Assembly (NCBI GenBank): GCA_951406725.2 | Contig: OX597826.1 | Location: 9,486,001-9,550,000, forward strand | Origin: Octopus vulgaris | Lineage: Eukaryota | Length of the DNA: 64,000 nucleotides | Direction: 5' to 3' | Part shown: piece by piece, positions 52,675 to 64,000 of the stretch | Layout of the letters: each line of letters opens with the position of its first letter | How positions within the stretch are numbered: the stretch's first letter is position 1 | Position numbers and translations under genes: made by a program | Notes under the pieces: generated by a model | What the model was told of the DNA's origin: nothing | What the model saw: the letters and a program-made list of their open reading frames with translations, nothing else | Database searches by the model: none

Positions 52675-54827
52675 GTATGTAAACTATTTCTGTTTTTTTA
52701 TAGATTCGCAAGCTTTATATATTGCACTATAAAGTAAATGCATGATCAAAGTCATTGCACTTTTATTTTTTTTATTTTAGAAGCTACTGATATTAAAAAA
52801 AAAAAAATGGAAAAAGATCATTTCTTCAAAGTGCTGCTAGGCTACCCTCATAAAGGTAGTTAAGACGTATTTATCTCGTCAGAGAGGACACTTTAAAGGA
52901 AATATTAATAAAAAAATAAAAAAAGCAAATACCGATATGGGTTCACCTATTTAGCATTTCCATATTTTCATCACTTTGTTGTCATTATCCCAACAAGGTA
53001 ACCAGTTCTGGAGATGTTATACTCAAAAAGTGCCACTGTCAAACTATCTCCTATTCTCATTAAATTCTGTATAAGTCAACGGGCTTGCTTGATCTACTAA
53101 AAATAGTAACCAAATTCCCTCAACTCACAGCCTGCCATCTTCAAAAAGGACCAAATCTACACTCTTGTTGTTTGTCAAAACAAACGGGGAAATCCTTTCC
53201 ACACTAGATGATTGATGAGGAAACACTCGACCCCCTAGGACCTGTGCTGGTCAAGGAAAAGCCAGTCTTTTGTTTAGGGTTTGACCTACATTACTGACCA
53301 TAGTCTATATAATAGAGAGAATTTCCTATCTCTTCCTCTTTTGTGTAAGCCAGACCAAGGGGCAGCACCAGCTTTTGCATCAGCCTTGATCAAGAGCAGC
53401 ACTTCCCTTCACTCGACATGCGAAGAGAGGCTTTTGGCCACAAGAAAGACGATGCCACATGTATCCTTTCTTCTTTTCTAGTCAGCACCGTGCATTCCTT
53501 TCTCTTTCACTTTCTACTGGCAGCAACTTCTACACTATCAACCATTAACCAATGAGCCATCCTTCTTGTCTCTTTAACTACCTGTTAAGCAAACGAATAA
53601 GCATATGTAAATATTATTTCTTCCTTCTTCGTGTTCATTCTGCATGTTTACTGGTTTCTCCAATGCGAGAACCTTCCAGCGTTACATCTACACATTACAT
53701 GTTCATAATGAGCTCTCAGTTCCTTAGTATAAAAGTGAAATTACTTTTCGTGCAAGGAAGTTTCCAATATTTAGAAATTTTGGTGTGTCCTTTCTGACTT
53801 AGAGACAAGCTTGTCTTTCACTTAGAAACGAGATCAAACAGACTTTGCTCAAAGTCATTCCAGTTGTGACCATTCTTTTAAAGGATATTGAGAACTACAT
53901 TTCCTCTCTCCTTTCCTTATTTGAGATGGTGAGAGGGGTGATTTGAGGGAGAGTTTTCTGTTATTTCTAGCAAGCCAAGCGATCACATAGAGGCTCCTGA
54001 ATTGCTATCTAGCACTAGATCAGCCTTGAATGAGCAGACCTATGATCATAGACATTCCAGTCGTGGCCATCTCATCTTCTAAGGTGTGTCCATTCCTTAA
54101 GTTGATAGATGATTTGAGGGAGATATAGCCGTTATTTCTAGCATGCCAAGCAATTATGTAGATGCTCCTTCTTTGAACTCGCAGGTATTTTATTGTATTT
54201 TTAAGGCATTTTATTAGTGCATTTCTTCAGTTCACTCGGCTGTCAGAAGAAAGAGGTTCTTGAAGAAAAGGTCACTTGAGTTAACCATCCATTGACAGAT
54301 ATTTCTGAATATATAAGGTCAAGTAATTTTGTATGGAGTATAAAAAAAATATTTATCGTTATAATTATTACTTTATAATTATTGATTACAGAATGTTTAA
54401 TAATGCCAGAAAGATTTTCTTAGATATTCAATATTTTCTTTAATGATAATTACCTCTCTAGTGTATTCTTAATAAGCTTGTTATTATAATAGTTTTTATG
54501 TCTTTTTTCTCCTTCTTACTCTCAAAATAAATGAAATAATCTTGTAAAAACTGCAACATGGTTGTATAGTAAAGAAGCTCACTCTACAACCACATGGTTT
54601 GGGGGTTCAGTCCCACTGTGTGACATCATCAACATTTAACATCTGTTTACCATGGGTCAGATAGCTTGTCAGGATCTGGCATGGCCAGGGGCCACACCAG
54701 ATTCCAAGGTCTGTTTTGTCTTGGTTTCCTGACACCAACCACTCTACAGAGTGTACTAGGTGCTTTTTACATGGCACCTTGGTTTTAGGATCTCAATTCT
54801 GTTTTGATGGGTGGGTCTTCTCAAGTA

Positions 54828-55010
54828 CAGTAATCCCTCACTATATCGCAATTCACCTATCATGCTCTCAGTACATCGCGGATTTTTCTGGCTAATATAT
54901 GTAAATTTATATTGCGGACTCCTCAGTATGTCGCAGGTTTCTATGGCCAATAGATATTTATAGATTTTAATTATTTATGTGGTAAAATAACATTTTCATG
55001 CCTAAAAATT
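54828..55010 (+). mobile_element. pogo/Tigger-like terminal fragment
   Basis: TA|cagtaatccctcactatatcgc resembles a pogo/Tigger TIR; only one end seen. Confidence 0.45.
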
Positions 55011-55011
55011 T

Positions 55012-56240
55012 CATCATCATCATCATCGTTTAACGTCCGTTTTCTGTGCTGTCATGGGTTGGACGGTTCGACCGGGGTCTTGGAAGCCAGGAGGCTGCAC
55101 CAGGCTCCAGTCTGATCTGGCAGTGTTTCTACAGCTGGATGCCCTTCCTAACGCCAACCACTCCGTGAGTGTAGTGGGTGCTTTTTACGTGCCACCGGCA
55201 CAGGTGCCAGGGGAGTCTGGCAGCAGCCACAATCGGTTGGTGCTTTTTACGTGCCACCGGCATGGAAGCCAGACAAGGCGGCGCTGGCATCGGCCACGTT
55301 TGGATGGTGCTTTTTACGTGCCACCGGCACAAGCCAGTCAAGGCGGCGCTGGCATCGGCCACGTTCGGATGGTGCTTTTTACATGCCACCGGCACAGGTA
55401 TCACAACTACTATTTCCATTGATATTTATTTCGATGTTCATGTACTTGACTCAATAGGTCTCCTCAAGCTCAGCGGGTTGTTCTGAAATCCAAGGTACTT
55501 TGAATGGGCTGGGGCTATGCGGAACTGGTGCAGGAAGCAGCCCGGGTCTTTGCAGTCACAGCATATCTCCAGAGATTTCGGTCCTTCATCATTGCCTCTG
55601 TGAGGCCCAACGCTCTGAGGTCACGCTTGACTACCTCATCCCATGTCTTCCTGGGTCTACCTCTCCCCCTCCACTACTAACTTGGTCACCTAGGTAACGG
55701 AAACTATCAACTACTTCTAGTTTCTCCCCCTGGAGTGTGATGGAATCTGAGTATTTGTGGTGTCTATTGTCCCTGTGCATCTGCCGCACATGAAAGCTAT
55801 CTTATCGGTTAATTTCCCTTTGATGTTGCTGCACCTCTTATGCGTCCATAGCTTACACTGGGTACATCTTACGGAGTTTCTACCAACACCTTTCCTACAG
55901 ATCGAGCAGGGCCACCTGCCCGAGGGGGTATGTGCTGAGTTCGCCTTTCTGCTTACTATAACTTTGGTCTTTGCTACATTTACTCTAAGGCCCTTTGATT
56001 CTAAACCTTGCTTCCACACCCGAAATTTCTTTTCTAGTTCTGATAGTGATTCTGCTATGAGAGCCAGGTCATCAGCATAGAGGAGCTCCCAGGAGCAACC
56101 TGTTTTGAATTCCTCTGTTATTGCCTGGAGGACTGATGAATAAAAGGGGACTGAGGGCTGAACCTTGGTGTACACCTACTTCTACCCGGAATTCTTCACT
56201 ATATTCATTGCCAATCCTAACCTTGCTGACCAATGCCTCT
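55012..56240 (-). mobile_element. RTE-clade LINE, 5'-truncated and internally deleted: RT core, PHD finger, C-terminus, repetitive 3' UTR, (ATG)n tail
   Basis: LLYADDLALIAES, GLRVNVAKTKV, C4HC3 finger, GRGRPRKTWDEVVKRDL; contiguous with the abundant tail repeat. Confidence 0.92.
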
Positions 56241-56269
56241 TTCAATTTAACTATAAATTTTTTTCCACT

Positions 56270-57920
56270 GACTATTGCATCCTTGATGCATGAACTATGA
56301 CCTTTTGGTTGCCATCTTCACATTTGTGTAGGAGTGCAGCATTTACCCCATATTCACTAGCATCTGTTGCCAGTATTGTTTCCAATTTCAGATTGAAGTT
56401 TGTAAGTGACAGGTCTGAAGTTAACATGCCTTCCATCATTTTTCTGACCAAAACCATTTGGCGTCCCTTCATAACACCCCATTTAGTGGAGCCCTTGTGT
56501 TGTGTATGTTTGGGATATATATATATATATTTGATAATAGTTTACCAAGCCTAAAAATGCTTGTAACAATTTGACGTTCATTGGGGGAAGTGCATATTCT
56601 GTATTGCTGTTACCTTTCTTGGCTCTGGCCTTTGTCCCCCTTTCATTAATTACTTGACCTAACTATTTGATTTTTTAATCAAAAATTCATACCTTTTCTC
56701 TGTTAGTCTAAACCGATATTCATTTATTTTTCTAAATACTTTTTTAATATGTTCAAAGTGTTGCTCCACCGACTCGCTCTTTATCAAAATATCATTGAGA
56801 TAAGCAATAGCGAAGTCACAGTCATTTAACATTGTGTCCATCACTTGTTGGAATATGGCAGGTACCACATTTACTCCAAAAGGAAGCGGCTTGAATTTAT
56901 ACAATCCATGGTGTGTATTGATTGTTAAAAGGTGTGTGCAACCTTCCTCTACTTGTATCTGTTGATAGGCCTCCAAGAGATCTTGCTTCCAGAAAATTTT
57001 TCTTTCATTTATTTTTTTGAGAACACTTCTTTTGGCTTTGATAATGGATGATTGTCTTTGACTAAACACTTAAAAAGTCCACACACATTCTTTGTTTATT
57101 ATTTTTTTCTTCCCATAAACTGTCAGAGCTGCCCAGTCTGAATGGTTGACTTTTTCAATTATATCTAGACTTTCTAGTCTTTCCAGCTCTTTATTTTTGT
57201 GGTCTAATGCTGCAAATGGCACATTCCATTTGGCTCTAAAAACAGGTGTTGTCTTTTCTTTTACTACAATCCTCACTTTTGTTTTAGTGCAACAGTCTAA
57301 TCCTTCCAAAAATTTAATTTTTTGTTTCAGTTGTTCAACTTCACTGGAACTTTTGACTGTGCCAACTACATTTTCACAGAAACCACTAATGGGGAGTATC
57401 CCACATTTTCAATAACTCCATGCATTCTGTGACAAATAGGTTTAGTGATTTTTTTCAACATGGAAATGATTGTCCTTTTTGTTTCTGCAAATACATTCGC
57501 CAATGAAATATAATTTCTTTCCTCAAGCACCATATGCTACTATAGTTCATTTAAATATATTTCTTTAGTGCCCACAAGGGGCTAAACACAGAGGCGACAT
57601 TTAAATCATTTCAGCTTACTGATTCGTTGCCACGTTTCTTCATTTATGATTAGTGATGTCACTACCCATGTCTCATTGCATTTTGACACTAGCGGTTTCA
57701 ATTCCCACCATGATGAATTTTCTGTTCGTTGTACAGACTTTTTTCTCAGATGACAAACTTTTTATTCTTTCTTGTTTGATCCAATTTTTTGTAATCTTGG
57801 TTCTGCAGTGCAATTTAATGTATCCTGTGTTCCCTCAATGAAAACAACTGCTTTTTTGAACAGAAACTCTTTTCTCAGGTTCCTACCACTGCATGCCGTA
57901 CATTTGTTTATCATTATATA
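56270..57920 (-). pseudogene. Gypsy gag knuckle-protease-RT-RNase H fragment, no LTRs seen
   Basis: DMGSDIT (protease DTG-like), ELERLESLDIIEKVNHSDWAA, DLLEAYQQI...LPFGV..VPAIFQ...AYLNDILI (YLDD decayed), LATDASEYG. Confidence 0.9.
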
Positions 57921-59689
57921 TCGTATGTTTTGTGAAACCCTTTATCCCTCTTCCAACTTCCACACTGGTTTTATCTATGCTTGACAACCAGTGTTGGTTT
58001 GTCTACATTCCCTGTAACTCAGTGTTTGGGCAAAAGAGACTGATAGAATAAGTGCTAGGCTTAAAAATAAATACCAGAGTTGATTTTTTTCAACTAAACC
58101 CTTTCAGGCAGTGCCCCAGTATGGCCATAGTCCAATGAGTGAAACAAGTAAAAGAGAAAAGAGAAAAGAGATGGTCACAGGAATGGTTGTGTGGGGGAAG
58201 AAAGTCATTCACAACAGCAGTATGGTTTCAGCTTCATTTCCATAGCTTGGCATGTTGTGCAAAGTGTCTGCTACCGTACCTTCAGGCTAATCAATTCATT
58301 GTAAGTGAAATCTGGTTGACAGAAACTGCACAGTGGCCCTGTGTATGCAGGACTACTAAATGTTACTGAATTTTGAGATTTAAAAGTGATAAAATAAACG
58401 AATAAATAAATCAACTGATTCTTATCAAACCTTTCTGCTGCCAATATTAACCCTTTATTTTCGCAGTTTTTCACAGCCCTCGGAATATTTTTGGAATCTA
58501 CTCTTCAACTGCTGTTGATATATTATCACATTGATGTAGCAAACTACTCCCTCTTGATTTCTCTTCTCTCCAATCCAACCGTGTAATAAATAAGATACAA
58601 TATTTCCAGTGAGGACAAGATCTGTCTTCACTGGATACGCCAAACAACCCCCAAATCGCTGATCAAATAGCTTAAATTACCCATCAAAGCAAATAGCTTG
58701 CCACAGAGAGATGTCTTTTTTCTCTCCCCCCCCACTTCACTCTTGTAAGCAACACTCTGATAATCTCTTTAGATAAATAGACATACATTTCACCGAACAT
58801 TCATTATTGCTTTCAACAACTTAGTTTAAAAAATAGCTTTCTTTCAATACCTCTGCCAGCTTTTGGTATTTCATCATGCTGCTGTTATCTCAACTTCCAT
58901 GTAGCTTCAGCATTACCAGAATTCCAATTTATAATATGGGAGAGGGTGTCCTGAGTAACTCTATATATTCATCTTCCTGAAGGAAGCTGAGACTGGTATT
59001 TATCAACCATACCCATCTTTTGGGATACTTCTATTATAGAGCTTCTTTTAAAAAACAACTCTTTTTTTTTTTTTTTTTCTTTTAATTGTACAAATTTATT
59101 TCTTCCCAAAACTCCAAGCAAAGGATGTTATTCATACTGGAAACATGGTCAGACTTTCCAGTGAAATATTTTGTTTTTATCTTTAATTTGCTATTTCTTT
59201 TCCTGGTGTTTGGAAAGTAAAACATAACTTCAGTTTCCACATTATATATGTGTGTGTGTGCATGCATTACTTTAAGCATAGAACCTGAAGATGGCAGGAG
59301 AATATACCATGACAAATAATAACATAAGTGCATAAATTGTATATCTTTCTTTTTCGATGTAATGATGTTGTTAAGAGTTCTGAGTCACTAATTATTATTT
59401 CATAAGAATTATTTCATTTTCTCATACAAATATCACGACCAACAGTGTAACCTTTTATGATCAGAAGTATCCATCAAATAGAGATTAAACCCCCTCTCCT
59501 CAATGACTTTGGTAAATGAAGTGTCTACACTTTTTATTTTTCATTCAAGATTCCTTGGAAGTGAGAAATAACATTTTTATTGGACTACCAAAGTTATTAC
59601 TTTACAAATTTATAGTTTGCAATAATGAGTTGACACCTGTACATCTTCATTACTCATATTTTATTCACCTAACTTGGAATCTTCACTTG

Positions 59690-60340
59690 GAAATACCAGC
59701 ACAGTCATCTTTCTTGTACACCACATCTGATGCCTCTTATGCCCAACATTTCTCTCAAGATGCCTACACTCTGTCATTTATGCACACTGACATTGCACAT
59801 CCAGCAAAGCATACTGGCTTCATTTCTTTCAAGCCTATGCATGTCCTCAGCTGTCATAACCCAAGTGTCACTGCTGTGTAGCATAGCTGTTCACAACATA
59901 CAATCTGCCTTTCACTCTGAGGGAGAGGCCATTTGTTGCCAGCAGAGGTAGGAGCTCTCTTGAACTTTGCCCAGCCTAATCTTATTCTCACAGCTATTCT
60001 CTCGGAGCATCCACCTCTGCTACAAACTTGGTCACCTGGATAACGTAAGCTATCTACAATCTCTAGCTTGCTCCGCTGGCAGCTGTTGGAGTCTATTTTC
60101 TGTAAATTTTGATGTTTATTTTACCTGTGCATCTTCCACACACAAAAACTATTTTCCCTATTAGCCTTCCTCTGATACTGCTGCACCTCTTATGTGTCCA
60201 TAGCTTACACTGGGTAATACGTCTTGTAGAGTTTCTACCTTTGCCTTTTCTACAGATCAAGCATGGCCATCTACCTGAAGGGATTTGGAATTCATCTGCC
60301 TTCCTACTTAGTAAGACTTTGGTTTTTGTTCAGTTAACTG
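59690..60340 (-). pseudogene. Older RTE fragment: PHD finger and downstream region
   Basis: TKTKVLLSRKAD..IPSGRWPCLICRKG...QCKLWTHKRCSSIRGRL....FVCGRC, paralogous to 55777-55990. Confidence 0.8.
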
Positions 60341-60347
60341 TAATATA

Positions 60348-60394
<47 letters not shown>

Positions 60395-63254
60395 GTTAAC
60401 TCTCTCTCTGTATGTATATATATATATGTTAACTCTCTTTATATGTATATATATCATAATCATTATCATCAAATGTCCATTTACCATTCTGGCATGGATT
60501 GGATGGTTTGATTGGAGCTGGTAAGGCCAGGGGCTCTACTAGGTTCCATTGTCTGTTCTGGTATGGTTTCTATGGCCTGATACCCTTTCTAATACCAACC
60601 ACTCCACAGAGTGTTCTGGGTGCTTTTGACATATGACCCAGCACATGTGCTTACAAAGTGGAACCAACACAAGTGCCTTTTATGTGGCGCCAGCACCAGT
60701 AACACTTCTGCTGTGGTGGTGGGGGTCCACTTGAGTTACAGCATCTCAGTCCTTTGTCAAGGTGCTGCCAAACCAGTGCCAAGCCTGGGTACCCACTAGC
60801 CACTGTCATGGCTTCCCTGTTTCATGCCCCACCCCTTCTGTCCGACTAAATTTAAACTTAAATATAATTTTGTCCATACTCCATTCATTCTATGTTCATG
60901 ACTTTCACACAAGTCAAACTGTCCACTATGCGTTTCCCTAACAGTCCTTGCTTATTTGTTGCTGTAGTGCATTTGTTCTGAATCCTTTAAGCAGGAAACA
61001 ACAGGTATGTACCATAAATAATATTTTCTTTAGCTTTGCACTTCATTTCTTCTCCCTTATTTTGGGTTACATGTATTTAGTTTTAGCATTATATATAATT
61101 CAATATATATCAAGTAGGATTCTGCCTATTACAGGTACTATGTAAACCAATGCAACCTACCTCATAAAACTCTGTATGTGAAAGAGACCTCTGCTTGCTC
61201 CCCCCAAATTAAAAATTTATATCTTTCAGTAAATGAAATAGCTTCTCACAGTGAAACCAACCACCAGATATGAGGATGCATTGGAGAGGAGATGAGTCCC
61301 CAGGTTGTCAGTTTATTGAAATACACGTTATTATGTACCTACCTACAGCTTCCAGGGGCTATAGGTTTTTGAATGATTATAGAGCAATATGGAAAGTATA
61401 TCAGATATTGGTTTCAAATTTTGGTACAAGACCAGCAGTTTTGGGGGATGGGGTAAGTCGATTATTTCAGCCCCAGTGTTCAGCTGGTACTTATTTCATC
61501 GACCCTGAAAGAATGAAAAGTAGAGTCAACCCTGGCAGTGTTTGAACTCAGAATGCAGGGACAAACAAAATGCTGCTAAGCCTACGATTCTGCAGGCTAA
61601 TGATTCTGCTGGTTCACTGTCTTAATAGCATATCAGATATTGCATTTGAAAAGCAAAAACAAACCAAAAGACAAATAACATTGAGTTTGTGCAAAGACTC
61701 AGATGATGAAATTTACTGAATAAAAAAAGATAATGTGTTTTCTCACATTTTCCTGTTGTGGAAAAAAGGAGAGAAAAAATATCAAGCAGTTTAATTACAA
61801 AGACTAACTAACGAAGAGTGGGTAGGCAGGTAATCCTTTAATTTAGCAGCATCCAGCTATGATTTTTATTTTATTTACACCCGTTGTGTTAAATCTTGCT
61901 GGATTTGAACTCAGCAATGCAAATTAATGAAACAGTTTCGGTAGTGAATCATACTTAGTCATGGCATCTATTCTCAGTCAAATGATTTGTCTTACCGAGA
62001 GCAAACAACGTGCAACAAGACGTACAAGATAGGAAAGTGTCAAACCTTCAAACCGTTGCTAGTTTCTGTAGATTCTACAGTTTCAGCTCAGCCACAGAGA
62101 TTAAGCCAGCCCCTTGTTGTCTAAGCCAACTGTCAGATCCTATTATCATAATCAATATTAATGTTTGAACCTTTAAACATATACTTTATTGATGGAAGAA
62201 AGAGGTTATATGTATTTTCCAAGTTCCACATTATATATCCATTTCAATCAAGAAACAAATGTCGTAACCAATTATCTATCATGTCATGATAACCAAACTT
62301 TTGCTATTTAAAATGGACAGAATCACCACATTATACGGAAATAAACTTTAGCGGGTCAGCTTGGCCACTGATAGTTTTTATCAGGTGACCAAAGTGAAAT
62401 ACTATAGAATACTCAAAACTCTCGGTTGTTGTTGTTGTTTTGTGACAGGTCAGTATTGATTCTGCAAACCTATGATCAAATTAAGTCCAACCATGACCAT
62501 CTAGACTTTTTTTCCTCAGCATAATGCATGCAGGACCACATTATGCAATGTATGTGATTTGAGGTAGACTTAGTTGCTATTTCTTGTAGGGGCAAATGAC
62601 CATATAGAGGATCTCTCTCTCAAGTTTTAGTCTCTACAGACCATAAGTTTTTAATTTATGCTGTCAACACAGAGCAAAAATGAAATTATTTGTTGAAACG
62701 ACGAAAGCTTTTGTTTAAAGAAGCAGAATGCTTATCCCAAACAAAATGCTTATCAGAAAGGGATTATAGTAAAGGGTTTGATAGGTCAGTTTTGCTTGTT
62801 ATTCTTCTGGGGTTTTAAAAAAAAGTGTATGTATATATGTTTGTGTGTGTGCGTGTATATGTGTGTATATATATATATTTTAGTTGAGTAATCTCACAGT
62901 CCCCCCCACACACACACACACATACATATTCTTACAGAACTAACTTTATGCTAAGTCAGAAAGAAAACCCCTTATCTTTGTTCTTCGTTATTTTAATGGA
63001 TTTGACCAGCCGTTAACTCTCATGATGCTACGTGAAGAAATAAATTGATTGTGTTAATGTACATTAGAGTATAAAATAAATGTGCTTACGTTTTACTTTC
63101 TAACAAGAATTATTTTTAATGTCTTCACTTACTTAAGAGAACAATTCTGTAATAAACTGATTAATTCAGTTGGAGATAGTTGCAAGGACGGGAGGAGGGA
63201 GGGAGGGGGGATTGTTAATATTTAACACAGCAGACATGTAGCAAATGGTAAAAA

Positions 63255-63770
63255 CTTTCTTCTTCCTTTTCATTTCTTCTTCTTCTTCTTCTTCTTCTTC
63301 TCTCCTCTTCTCCTTCCTCTTCTTTTCTCCTCTTCTTCTTCTTCTCTCTCCTTCTTCTTCTCTCTTCTTTTTCTCTCTCCTTCTTCTTCTCTCTTCTTCT
63401 CTCTCCTTCTCTTTTCTTCTTATTCTCTCTTCTTTCATATTCTTCTTCATCTTTCTTCTTCTCTATTCTCTTTTTCATATTCTTTATTTGTTTTCTTTCA
63501 CATTCTTCTTTCCTTCACCTTCTCCTCCACCTTTCATCTTCTTTTTCATATCCTTCTGCCTTCATATTCTTCTTCCTCTCTTTTTCTTCTTCTTCGCATT
63601 CTCCTTGCTTACCTTTTTCTTCCTCTCTTCTTCTTTACCTTCTTCCACAATCTTTTTCTTCTCTCATCTTTCATATTCTTCTACCTTCATATTCTTCCTC
63701 TCTTTTTCACTTTCTTCTTTTTCTTCTTCTTCTTCTTCTTCCCTCCCCCCACCCCATCATATTCTTCTTC
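63255..63770. repeat. Degenerate (TTC/TC)n polypyrimidine tract
   Basis: Direct inspection; explains the F/S/L- and E/K/R-rich ORFs. Confidence 0.92.
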
Positions 63771-64000
63771 ATATACTGACATTATCCTTATTGAGTTAAT
63801 CAAAACTAATTCATTCTAAATATTATTAACTGCTCAAATACAAGAGTGTGAAGGAATTTGGAACTTTGTGAAGGAAAAAATAATGTTTACCCTATCAGAC
63901 ATTAGGCACCAAGTTGCTTCCTTTTGTTCTTTGCAAGCGATGCAAGTGTGTGGCACTGCTTCGTTTATCCTCTGCATCTCTCTTTCCTTCAGTTTCCTTT

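Noticed and set aside
55175-55400. Regularly spaced ~20-bp conserved motif resembling a CRISPR array
   Set aside because: The intervening sequences are homologous; it is the tandem unit of the RTE 3' UTR
63166-63799. E/K/R-rich and F/S/L-rich ORFs
   Set aside because: Low-complexity polypyrimidine/polypurine tract

Overview
AT-rich, microsatellite-dense eukaryotic DNA that is almost entirely intergenic/intronic and packed with transposable-element debris. The repeat repertoire (tRNA-headed SINEs with internal (TA)n(TG)n, very abundant RTE-LINE 3' ends with (ATG)n tails) suggests an octopod cephalopod genome (inference). No intact protein-coding gene can be supported; most listed ORFs are microsatellite or repeat translations. 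Recognisable coding relics are: an internally deleted Ty3/Gypsy element with both LTRs (18303-21193), a second Gypsy gag-PR-RT-RNaseH fragment (~56270-57920, -), RTE reverse-transcriptase fragments (two with a PHD finger just downstream of the RT core), an R4/Dong-like restriction-endonuclease LINE fragment, and a Buster/Charlie hAT transposase pseudogene. Non-autonomous piggyBac, hAT, Tc1/mariner, Helitron and Helentron-type elements are also present, many nested. The most intriguing signal is a short (TA)n-flanked fold-back element, present twice, that contains a variant minimal hammerhead-ribozyme fold, plus a decayed second hammerhead-type element, consistent with Penelope-like/retrozyme-type elements. 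A possible 5' end of a host gene lies near 52.2-52.7 kb. All calls were made by eye without database searches.
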